Positions 53,501 to 64,000 of a stretch of 64,000 bases of DNA are shown here, one piece after another. The notes beneath the pieces are model-generated. The model saw only the letters and a program-made list of their open reading frames with translations. It was not told the DNA's origin and did not search any database. Numbering within the stretch: position 1 is the first letter of the stretch; each line of letters opens with the position of its first letter. Both the position numbers and the translations under genes were made by a program. This DNA comes from Octopus vulgaris (taxonomy: Eukaryota): assembly GCA_951406725.2 (NCBI GenBank), contig OX597819.1, positions 12,214,001 through 12,278,000 of the forward strand, given 5' to 3'.

Positions 53501-56500
53501 AGTCCCCACATGCAGCACCTGGGGCAAGTGTGTACTGTAAAACTGGGCAGTCCAAAGCCTCGAGAATGGATTTGGTAAAGGAAATTGAAAAGATAAAAGA
53601 AGCACGTAGTGTGTGTGTGTGTATACATGTGTCCATGTATGAATATATATATATGTGTGTGAATGTGTTTATATAAGAATGCTTCAATATATGTGCAAGG
53701 CAAAAGAGGTTTACTCATCTATATTGTGCTTGAGAAGACCTGGCAAGCCGAACAAAATCACAATCGTGGCAGATACTGGTGTCATGCCAGTGGCACGTAA
53801 AAACACCCATTATACTCTCAGAGTGGTTGGCGTTAGGAAGGGCATCCAAGCGTAGAAAACCATGTGAAATCAGATAGGAGCCTGGTGCAGCCTTCCAGTG
53901 TGTCATCAATCAAACCGTCCAACCCATGCCAGCATGGCCAACGGATATTAAATGATATATGCATATATACATAGATTTGTGTGTAGGAGGGGATGTGTGA
54001 GTATGCATTTATGTTGTATCCGATTACAGAATTCTGAAGGTCAGCTAACGAAATTCACATGGGCAGCCAACCATGAAGAACAGGCCAGCCATCTACTACC
54101 TCTCATAGCAGTCCGCCAAAAGCAATCTGGCAGTAAACAACATGAATCTACTAAATTTAAAACTAAATTTAAAACTAAATGCATGTATGGATGGGATGGT
54201 TTTGAAGTTGAAGATTTTAAACTAACGGAGGCAGTGCTAGAATATCACCTGAGGAAGCACAACTAGATCTCATCATGCAAACAAACAGTTGCATAATCAA
54301 ATACCTGTATTTTTGGAGAACTATGTTGTGTGGAAACAATTGTAGTGGTTAAAAAGTAACTGTCCAACTGTACATCTTGTTGACTCCAATTTCTTCAATT
54401 TCATACAAACGAGTGAGCGAGCGAGCGAGAGAGCAAGCATGCACACACACAAACACAAACACACACCGTTGTCTTTACATCACATGATGGTTGTAAACCA
54501 GTCTTCAGTGAAATACGTTTGATCATGGAGAAATATCTTGTCTGGAAACAAATGATGGTTGGTGACAGGTGGGGTTTCTGCTCAGAGAAAAACTGCTTCA
54601 ATGAAATCCATCTGACTCGTAAAAGCATGGAAAAGTGGACATAAAAATAAAAAAAACTAAGAATTTCTTCTTACCTGGCCAGCACCACCCTTCAAAGACA
54701 CCACCATCTTTATTTTTAACAAAAATGTCTTTCTCCTTTCCTTCCTTGTAGATTGAATAATCATCATCTCTTTTCAGGTGAGGATCAACAACATTTACCA
54801 ACTTCCTGCCTTTTGAAGACAAATTCCTCACCATGTCTTCAGGATTTGGAAATTTTGCATTGTCCCAAGTGAAGTATCTAAGAAATAAAACAAGACCTAT
54901 CAAAATGAGATCATAGAAAAGAAGGGAAAAAAAAAAAAAAGGCAAGGTGTGTGAGTGAGAAAGCGATTTAACCCTTTAGAATTCAGATTATTCTGCCAAA
55001 TGTAATGCTTATTCATCATCATCATCGTTTAGCGTCCGTTTTCCATGCTAGCATGGGTTGGACGGTTCAACTGGGGTCTGGGAAGCTGGAAGGCTCCGTC
55101 AGGCCCAGTCAGATCTGGCAGTGTTTCTACGGCTGGATGCCCTTCCTAACGCCAACCACTCCGTGAGTGTAGTGGGTGCTTTTTACGTGCCACCCGCACA
55201 GGTGCCAGACAGAGCTGGCAAACGGCCATGAACGGATGGTGCTTTTTATGTGCCACCGGCATGGGGGGGCCAGGCGAGGCTGGCATTGTTTTGAATTCTG
55301 CATTATCTTGTAACTGAGATTTCAATGGTCTGTTTGTTTAGTTTTAGAATGACATTGCAAAAAAGGTATAAGAGGCTGAAGCTGACCAGTTTGAACATAA
55401 AACAGCTGGAACACTTGAGCCGGATATGGACAGTTCTAACACTAAAGGGTTAAATTCTGAATTTTAGCTATTCTGATCCATTACTGCTGGTTATTGCCTT
55501 TAAGTATCAATGCCATAAAATCCCCACTTTCCCTCCATTCTATATTTTTGTTCTTATATTGAAAATAAGGAACATTTTTCTTTTCCCCACTTCAACCTGT
55601 TTATGTTTCTTCTGAATCTAAAAGATTTACTTTCATAATAAACAAGTCCTACTAAAAGAAAAATTTTAAAAACCTATAAAAGGACATCTTAGAGAGAAAG
55701 AATGTGTGTGTGTGTGCATGCATGTGTGGCAGTGAGTTAAGTTTGCTTCAGAACCACATGGTTTTGGGTTCGGTCCCATGAGATGGCACCTGGGTAAATG
55801 TCTTCTATTATAGCTCCAGGCTATCCAAAGCCGTCTGAATGGGTTGGTAAATGGAAACCAAAAGAAGCCTATCATATGCGCAAGTACATTTGCATTTCTT
55901 TGTCTTGACAATACATGTTAGTTGAGGGTCACCGTCATGCGAGCAATGACACTCCTTTCCAATATTCTGTGGAGAAATGTCAGGCCATGGGGAAATATTA
56001 CCTTGGTGGGAAACAGGTGAAGGTTGGTAATAGGAAGGACAACATTGAGCTGTAGATAATCTGCCTGAATAAATCCCATTCAACTCATACAAGCATGGAA
56101 AAATAGATGTTAAAATGCTTCAAGGATTGGGCCTCATGGAAGCAATGTGGCCGAGTTCCCTTTGAGTGTTGGGCCTCACAGTAGCAATGACCAAAACCTT
56201 TGGCATTATGTCATGCTTGAGAAGAAGACCCATCAAGATGAGTAAAATTGCAGTCATGGCACATACTGGTGTCACGCAAATTGGCACCTGTGCTGGTGGC
56301 ATGTAAACACACCTTGGTGTCACACAAATGACACCCACGCTGGTGGCATGTGAAAGCACCCATTACACTCTCGGAATGGTTGGTATTAGGAAAGGCATCC
56401 AACCATAGCAAACCATGCCAAATTAGACTGGAATCTGGTACAGCCTTCCAGCATGCCAACCCAGTCAAACCGTTCAATCCATGCCAGCATGGACAACCAA

Positions 56501-59500
56501 CGTTAAATGATGATGATATTACATGCTGGCCATGTAAAAGCACCCATGCCGGTGCCATGTTAAAAGTGCCCAGTACACTTTGTAAAGGAATGGCATTCAG
56601 CCGTAGAAACCATACCACAACAGACACGGGGAGCCCGGGAAGCTCTTCCACTGGCCAGCTCCTGTCAAACTGACGCCAGCATGGAAAACAGATATTAAAC
56701 GATAATGAATGTTTGTTTTATGTTCAATCATAATAAAAACAACTTTACAAAAGTATGGAGTAACCCTTCGATGGATGTAGAGTACAAATTACTTTTTAAT
56801 AAGACTAGTACTGATGGAGACTTCAAAGTTTCAGTCAGTTAAGCCATCACTGGACAATCAGATGACTGCTTAGCTAGCCAACACTTTGAAGTCACTGTCA
56901 ATACTATTAATTAAACACACACACACATTTACTGCTAACGAACTAGAAAGGTATATAAATCGTTCGTGGTTACCAAGGATTTCAATTTATTACATTAAAA
57001 GACCAGGTGTTATTGTTACCTTTTACCATCTGTGTGTTCAATGTCTAACCAAAGCACATCATAAGGAATGTCGTGAACATCAAAATTATTATCTACACTG
57101 AAAGCAAAGAATAAAATTATTAAGAGACTAGCTTACATAAACATTTGAAGTACAGAATGAAAAACAAGCAGAGTAAGTAAAAAAAGCCATTTGTATAGTA
57201 TCCTATGGATAAGTGACAAATGTTAGAGAGGGCATTAATCTAGTTGCCGAGATCTGTTTAATGAAATGATGCAAGTAGAATTCAGTGTTGTGGCCTAGAC
57301 ATAGAAAAACATCCGGAATGCGATATAGTATGACCTCATGATTACATATTTATAAGCTGGTAACATATTTTTAAGGTGGCAGGCTTAATCTGTTTAACAT
57401 TCAGATTACTGTCAAATTGAATGCGTATTTATTGACATTGTTTTTGATTAATCTTGTAATTTGAAGATGTGATAGTTTATTTAAAAAATGACATTATAGG
57501 GTAGGTGCGAGAAGCTGATTCTAGTCAGCTGGAACATAAAATTTGGACCCCCAAAATGGTCAGGTTAAAAGCATTTGGATCAGGATTCCAGTTCTTGGTT
57601 GCTCTGTTAAAGGACATTGGCACTAAACCCTGCCTTTTCTCACCAACACATTTTTGCTTTTTATCTTTATTCAATATTTGCTAAGGAATAATAATGGTTC
57701 AAATTCTTGTAGAATGCCAATAGTTCTTTTAGGGGAGTAGGTAAGTGAATTACATTGACCCTAATACTCAACTGGTACTTATTTTATCCACCCCAAAAGA
57801 ATGAAAGGCAAAGTCAAAGATGACCAAATTTGAACTTCAAACACAGAAATGCTGCCAAGTAACATGTCTGAATTGCTATTTTTCCAGTGCACCTCTAAGA
57901 AAACCACTAGAAAATAAAAATGGATAAACTATAAACTGGCCTAATAAAGTTCTTTGGATGAGCTAAGGTAACATTGTTGTTCTTACACAACAAACTTGTT
58001 TTCCACTTAACATTAAACTACATATGTTGTAGAGTAGGATAGTCGTTCTGATGTTATAAGCATATTTCAACATAAGTACATCTGGCCGAGTTGATTCCAA
58101 CTCAAACAGTTTTGTTTATAATGAATGGTTGATATGAATTTGTTTTAAAAAAGAAAAAAACTTTTTCTACACTGTTATAGTCAGTTAACCAAAACCTTTA
58201 CCCAACTACAACTTGCAGTTCCAGTAGCAAAAAGATACTCACTTTTTGACATCTTCTTCATCATTATAGTTCCAGCGTGACTGGTGATAGGCCAAAGCAA
58301 ATAACTACAAAAATAAGTAAAATAAAAAATAAAAAAACTAATATCATACCAATATGTCTTTACAAACAGTCAGTTCTAACAGCCTCTTGCTAATAGTAAT
58401 ATTCCTCATAGATTGCTGCATTACACTGAAGTAGGGGACAGGAAGAAGAATGTAGCCAATGGTTAACTCAACTACAGAATGGTTTGAAGGGGACTACATA
58501 ACCTGTTGGATCCTTCTCAGGTTAGAAGAGTTAAGATAGAGCAAACTTGGTGTAGCCCAAGTTTATGAATGTGGAGATTGTTTAAAAATATAAATCACCA
58601 ATATTAAATATTAAAACGTTTCTTTTCCCCCACTCAGTGCATAACTTAAGGGCTGTAACAGAATTCAAAGAAACCTTACAGCAGCAAACCCACTTATTTC
58701 ATTTAGTGTTTAGGTAAAAACTGAAACCAGAGGGATGGAGTGATGGGTTGAACAGAGTTCTTTCATAGTAAGAGAGACAAAGGGAAGACATTGCTTGACA
58801 GGTCTGAATAAGTTTGCTTAAGAACAAAGTAGAGTTGCAAACCCTTAAAGGAAAATCTGATTGGCTAATCCAATAATATACAGAAATTGTTATTGCTGTG
58901 TGTTCTAGTCTTATAAAAGCTAGTCTATTAGACAAGGAAATTTGAGCTACAGATATAGTTTCTGTTCTTTTTGTTAGCAAAAAGATTTTAAACCTATTTG
59001 GAATGAAAAAAAAGATTCAAATGAGTAAAATCAGTTTTACTAAACTATGAATAGTGCCAAAGAGAATAAAAGACAAATACCCTCATATCAAACTGATAAT
59101 TCATGAAGTACATGCAAAAACAAGAATACAAATCAAGTATGTATCCATTCTTAATGTTTTGGCAGCTCATCTGCAACAGACTGGCATCCCGTCCAGGTGG
59201 GGAACCTATATGCCAATGAAACCGAGAAACCAACCCTTATGTGCCAAGCATGGCTTGAGAAGGAACAAAGAACAAAGCTGATTAAAGGAAACCTACTGGT
59301 GGAAGTGGTGTGGTTCCAGTGAGTAGTGAATACTGATAAAATACATCTTTTGGTTTTGGTCCCAGCATTACAAACACATCAATGATACCACTTTCAGAGA
59401 ACCAATGAGTATCTGTCTGTGGTATTTCCTGGTCACCTTTCACATAATCCATCATCTTCTTAAATAAATTCTGCAAGAGTTAAGAAAATTCATATAGACA

Positions 59501-59670
59501 TGATGATAGACTCACCCGTCAAAGACAACACATGAGCGTTCAGCTTTTGCTGAATGACCTCACAAATAATTTGTTTATAGTGATCAAATGTTCGTGCTGC
59601 ACATTAGCTTACTCTCTCTCCATCAAATAGATGAACAGGTGCATGGTAAGGCACGTATCAGGTGAGGTGA

Positions 59671-59704
<34 letters not shown>

Positions 59705-60147
59705 AAACATACACATGAAAAAGGCAGTAAATAGAATGGAGTTATCTAAAACATATACAAAGATTTACAAAAAACAAATCCAGTTAGTGTTTCTCTTCAA
59801 CAAAGACACCCTTAAATCTTGTTAACATCCATCCATCTTTGGATGTTGACAATTTATTCCTTAATTTGGAGAGTCAGTAATCCGACTTATTCCTTACCAG
59901 TGCCCACACCTGCTGCCCCAAATACCCACACTTCATGGCATTCATCAAACACAGAAATGACAGCTAATTTATATTATACATAGGCACAGGAGTGGCTGTG
60001 TGGTAAGTAGCTTGCTAACCAACCACATGGTTCCGGGTTCAGTCCCACTGCGTGGCACCTTGGGCAAGTGTCTTCTGCTATAGCCCCGGGTCGACCAATG
60101 CCTTGTGAGTGGATTTGGTAGACGGAAACTGAAAGAAACCTGTCGCA

Positions 60148-60206
<59 letters not shown>

Positions 60207-63200
60207 TTGGCCCCCCTAGCATTGCTTGACAACCGATGCTGGTGTGTTTACATCCCCGTCACTTAGCGGTTCGGCAAAAGAGACCAATAGAATAAGTACT
60301 GGGCTTACAAAGAATAAGTCCCAGGGTCGATTTGCTCGACTAAAGGCGGTGCTCCAGCATGGCCGCAGTCAAATGACCGAAACAAGTAAAAGAGTAAAGA
60401 GTATACCCATACCAGCATTACATTATGAATACGAAACCAGTTATATAACCATACCAATTTAATCACATCTCTCCCAATACTTACTTGCCAACACACTAAA
60501 CTACTCACTCTTCTCACTTATGCTCAACTTTACATAAATACTAACAACACTTCAGACAAAAGCCAGAATTTCACTTGTTCTTTTCTAGTCACTTCACATT
60601 TTCTGCACAAAAGGTTTTTCCTGCCACACAAAGAGATCTGATGTATCATTAACATAATTAAACATCTTCTTGAACTACTTGCTGAGGTCTATAAATAGTA
60701 GAACAAGAAACAAAAGGATGGGGGGGAAAAAAAAAGCAAAAAAAATCATAAAACAAAACAAAAAAACTTACCTTATCGGCAACATTTGAAGTGATGTCAA
60801 CCCAGGTTTCTGCTGCATTGTGCCAAAAAACTCCAACAGTTCTCTCTTCACTGAATAAAGAGAAAAAAAACAAATTTTAGCCAATTCACATTGAGATTAC
60901 TCAGGCAAATGTAATGCTTATTTATTTACATGGTTTTGAATGAATCATGCACTATCTGGTGTCTTTGAGATTTCAATATGATTATATTATTTTTGAACAA
61001 CATTGTATGGTATGTGTGAGAGGCTGGATCTGTTTGAACATAAAACAGGTCAAATATTTGGGCAGGATATTGCTAGTTTGAATATTAAAGGATTAAAGTA
61101 ACAACAGAAAATATAACTGCTGCAAACATAAATTACTTCATAAAACAAGGGTGTGGGTTCTGACAACTACCAAGAGGTTTTATGATACCCAGTTTGAAAT
61201 CTCAGACATTGAATTAACATCTGCAATGTAATTCAACAAGTAAGCCTCTTTGTGGCCACACAACCTTCTAGAAATAGCAACCAAATCTCCCTCAAACAAA
61301 TCATACCCCACTGCTTGAGAGAGTGAAGGAGTATGTGTCTGTTTTGACGTTGCATAATTGTAAATGAGTGTCACTGTCTTACAAGCAGTGTCATTAACTT
61401 CTAATATTCTATGAAATATTGTTTGGCCATGGGGAAATATTATTCAGAAATAAGTGAGGGTTGACGACAAAGGGCAAGAGGTTATAAAAAAACTTGACTC
61501 AGTAGACTTTATCCAACTTTTGTTAACATGGAAAAGTGGACAGTAAAACAATGGTTTTTATAAAATTTTTCATTATTTTCAAAATTAATTGAAAAATAAA
61601 GGCAATATATTTCAACAGAAATATGGTAACAAAAGGATTAAAATGAGACAGAAGTGGAAAACTATCTCCATGTCCTTTTCAGGCCCTGCTAAACTGAAAA
61701 ATAAAAGTTAATGAATGAAGTTAAATTAAGCAGTGGCTAAATTTAGTTCCAGAGAATTGAAGTGATGATATCAAATATTTGGACAGTCTTTGGTACAAAG
61801 TTGAAAGGGAAGTTTAAAACAATGAGAGACAGGAAGGTAATTAATAATTTCATTTAACCACAAAATAAATATCAATGGAAATAGTAGTTGTGATACCTGT
61901 ACCGGTGGCACATAAAAAGCACCATCCAAACGTGGGCGTTGCCAGCGCCGCCTCGACTGGCTTCTGTGCCGGTGGCACATAAAAAGCACCATCCGAACAT
62001 GGCCGATGCCAGCGCTGCCTCGACTGGCTCCAGTGCCGGTGGCACATAAAAAGCACCTTCCGAACGTGGCCGATGCCAGCGCCGCCTTGGCTGGCTTCCG
62101 TGCCGGTGGCACGTTAAAAGCACCAACCGATCGTGGCCAATGCCGGACCCCCCTGGCACCTGTGCAGGTGGCACATAAAAAGCACCCACTACACTCGCGG
62201 AGTGGTTGGCATTAGGAAGGGCATCCAGCTGTAGAAACTCTGCCAGATCAGACTGGAGCCTGGTGCAGCCCCTGGCTTTCCAGACCCCGGTCGAACCGTC
62301 CAACCTGTGCTAGCGCGGAAAACGGACGTTAAACGATGATGATGATGAATCTTTGTAACTGTGGCAAGTAGCAAATAATTTTTTAAATGGTTTTATTTGT
62401 AAAAAAATAAAAGAAACATATGACAACATACTTATGAGCCAACATAACAGGAATACTGCCATATAAGGCCATAGGATTGTATAATTCATATTCGAACACA
62501 TCCAAGTTGTAAAGCCGATAGGGATCAGTGCTCCTGGAAAATACAAAATAAAACAAAGCCTGAGTGAATTAATTCTGACAATGAAATGTATTGCTATTTA
62601 TAGCTGTTAATTTGGAATACAAACCTTGAAATAATTGTATGGCTTTTCGAAAACAGAAAATTTTGATGAAAAGATTCTATACCAACATTATGAAGGAACA
62701 ATAATGGTTCAAATTCTTGTAGAATGCCAATAGTTCTTTTAGGGGAGTAGGTAAGTGAAATACATTGACCCTAATACTCAAATGGTACTTATTTTATCCA
62801 CCCCAAAAGAATGAAAGGCAAAGTCAAAAATGACCAAATTTGAACTTCAAACGCAGAAAAGCTGCCAAGTAACATGTCTGACTTGCTATTTTTCCAGTGC
62901 ACCCGTAAGAAAACCACTAGAAAATAAAAATGGATAAACTGGCCTAATAAAGTTCTTTGGATAAGCTATTGAAAATTTCATTCTTAAGAATAATTGCTTT
63001 ACAATATTTCTAAGATTTCATTCTAGATAGCAGTTTAAAAAATTAAAATTATTTCAACAACCACCAAGTTCAATTAAATAAAATACAACTTGCAAACAGT
63101 CTTCTTTCTCAAAAGAAGGAGTGGCTGTGTGGTAAGTAGCTTGCTTACCAACCACATGGTTCCGGGTTCAGTCCCAATGCGTGGCACTTTGGGCAAGTGT

Positions 63201-63645
63201 CTACTATAGCCTTGGGCTGACCAGAGTCTTGTGAGTGGATTTGGTAGATGGAAACTGAAAGAAGCCCGTCGTATATATGAATATATATGTATGTGTGTGT
63301 ATATATTTGTCCCCCTAACATTGCTTGACAACCGATGCTGGTGTGTTTACATCTCCATAACTTGGCGGTTCGGCAAAAAAGGAGACCGATAGAATAAGTA
63401 CTAGGCTTACAAAGATTAAGTTTTGGGTCGATTTGCTTGACTAAAGGTGGTGCTCCAGCATGGCCGCAGTCAAATGACTGAAACAAGAGTAAAAGAGTAT
63501 CTCAATTTATCTAAAAGTTGTGATAAAAGTGATAAAAATCATACATACTTTGTAGACTTTAGTGCAAAACTGTCAGCATGTTCTGGAATGCCATAAACAT
63601 TTTCAAAGCCAGGGAAAGAGATGTCGATACCAACTGACGTGGGAC
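38410..63645 (-). CDS. GANAB: Neutral alpha-glucosidase AB / glucosidase II alpha subunit (GH31), 17 exons, 5' part outside window
   Basis: GT-AG, phase-consistent exons: 63549-63645, 62432-62533, 60772-60850, 59297-59470, 58243-58304, 57020-57097, 54675-54877, 51149-51372, 49050-49146, 47064-47224, 45998-46247, 44944-45020, 42774-42848, 41646-41759, 41072-41181, 39725-39828, 38410-38519; motifs [55 protein letters not shown]. Confidence 0.93.
39725..39828 (-). CDS. GANAB: GANAB exon
   Basis: [22 protein letters not shown]. Confidence 0.85.
40130..40785. repeat. Spacer-less ~325-bp-arm palindrome in a GANAB intron
   Basis: Centre CTTGT|ACAAG at 40455/40456; each arm is part piggyBac MITE plus SINE 5' half. 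Confidence 0.92.
41072..41181 (-). CDS. GANAB: GANAB exon
   Basis: [17 protein letters not shown]. Confidence 0.85.
41646..41759 (-). CDS. GANAB: GANAB exon
   Basis: [36 protein letters not shown]. Confidence 0.9.
42196..42512 (+). mobile_element. tRNA-derived SINE family 3
   Basis: Homolog of 9781-10142. Confidence 0.7.
42774..42848 (-). CDS. GANAB: GANAB exon
   Basis: [25 protein letters not shown]. Confidence 0.85.
44944..45020 (-). CDS. GANAB: GANAB exon
   Basis: [26 protein letters not shown]. Confidence 0.85.
45130..45757 (+). mobile_element. Family-2 retroelement with tandem ~60-bp subrepeats and (GAT)n tail
   Basis: GCCGGTGGCACATAAAAAGCACC units; similar copy at 61866-62348. Confidence 0.8.
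45998..46247 (-). CDS. GANAB: GANAB exon
   Basis: [23 protein letters not shown]...[12 protein letters not shown]. Confidence 0.92.
47064..47224 (-). CDS. GANAB: GANAB exon (acid/base WTGDN)
   Basis: AVWTGDN...[21 protein letters not shown]. Confidence 0.92.
49050..49146 (-). CDS. GANAB: GANAB exon
   Basis: [32 protein letters not shown]. Confidence 0.9.
51149..51372 (-). CDS. GANAB: GANAB exon (nucleophile WNDMNE)
   Basis: [20 protein letters not shown]...[11 protein letters not shown]. Confidence 0.93.
51573..51792. mobile_element. piggyBac-like MITE
   Basis: TTAA|CCCTTTGG...CTAAAGGG|TTAA, same family as 30299-30511. Confidence 0.85.
54675..54877 (-). CDS. GANAB: GANAB exon
   Basis: [12 protein letters not shown]...VDPHLK...FEGWCWPG. 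Confidence 0.92.
54972..55449. mobile_element. piggyBac-like MITE with nested family-2 retroelement (~55013-55285)
   Basis: TTAA-CCCTTTAG...CTAAAGGG-TTAA interrupted by a (CAT)n-ended element. Confidence 0.8.
57020..57097 (-). CDS. GANAB: GANAB exon
   Basis: [25 protein letters not shown]. Confidence 0.9.
57685..57965. repeat. ~280-bp direct duplication (partner 62694-62968)
   Basis: Near-identical sequence including the flank beyond the common repeat core. Confidence 0.85.
58243..58304 (-). CDS. GANAB: GANAB exon
   Basis: [20 protein letters not shown]. Confidence 0.9.
59297..59470 (-). CDS. GANAB: GANAB exon
   Basis: [42 protein letters not shown]. Confidence 0.92.
59983..60400 (+). mobile_element. 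tRNA-derived SINE family 1
   Basis: Full-length copy with internal (TA)n. Confidence 0.85.
60772..60850 (-). CDS. GANAB: GANAB exon
   Basis: [16 protein letters not shown]. Confidence 0.9.
61866..62348 (+). mobile_element. Family-2 retroelement with subrepeats
   Basis: Homolog of 45305-45757. Confidence 0.8.
62432..62533 (-). CDS. GANAB: GANAB exon
   Basis: [32 protein letters not shown]. Confidence 0.92.
63118..63498 (+). mobile_element. tRNA-derived SINE family 1
   Basis: Near full-length copy. Confidence 0.85.
63549..63645 (-). CDS. GANAB: GANAB exon
   Basis: [32 protein letters not shown]. Confidence 0.9.
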
Positions 63646-64000
63646 CTGTACAATAAACAGTAGAACTAGTTTATAACAACAAACACTTCAACATTGAGCA
63701 AACTAAAATTTAACTTATTAGAAATAATACAAATCAATAATAAGTATTTTCACCAAAATGGCCATGTTTAAGGGAACAGAATTAAGATCAATTAGAATAT
63801 TCGTGAAGGAAGCAGTCAAAATTGAATTTCTTTTTTTTTTTAAGAAACAACTGTACACTCATCTCTATTATAAAATCAAATATGAATAATCCATCCAGAT
63901 CTCAGATGAGAGTCATTCAACCAATTCATCATCATCATCATCATCATCAATTAGCGTCCGCTTTCCATGCTAGCATGGGTTGGACGGTTCAACTGGGGTC

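Noticed and set aside
59983-60060. tRNA gene-like sequence
   Set aside because: SINE head: continues into the SINE body and lacks a complete cloverleaf

Overview
AT-rich eukaryotic (animal) genomic DNA. The SINE/MITE repertoire and tandem TGEKPY-type zinc-finger cluster suggest an octopus or other coleoid cephalopod (inference). Left half (1-34 kb): a C2H2 zinc-finger cluster with one intact 15+1-finger gene (17198-18571, +), a paralog truncated by a TTAA piggyBac-like MITE (29767-30306, +), a degenerate ZNF remnant (-) and a ~20-kb-spaced inverted duplication. Right half (38.4-63.6 kb): 17 phase-consistent exons of a GH31 glucosidase II alpha subunit (GANAB-like, -), whose 5' part lies beyond the window. 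The rest is SINEs, CR1 fragments, Helitrons, and Tc1/mariner, Merlin and piggyBac-type elements. Most notable observation: several fold-back (palindromic) insertions of distinct sequence carrying minimal type I hammerhead-ribozyme motifs on both strands (4136-4287, 9534-9687, 32399-33020; truncated at 25030-25132), mostly with a CCGANGA rather than CUGANGA core. Most ORFs in the supplied track are spurious readings of repeats.
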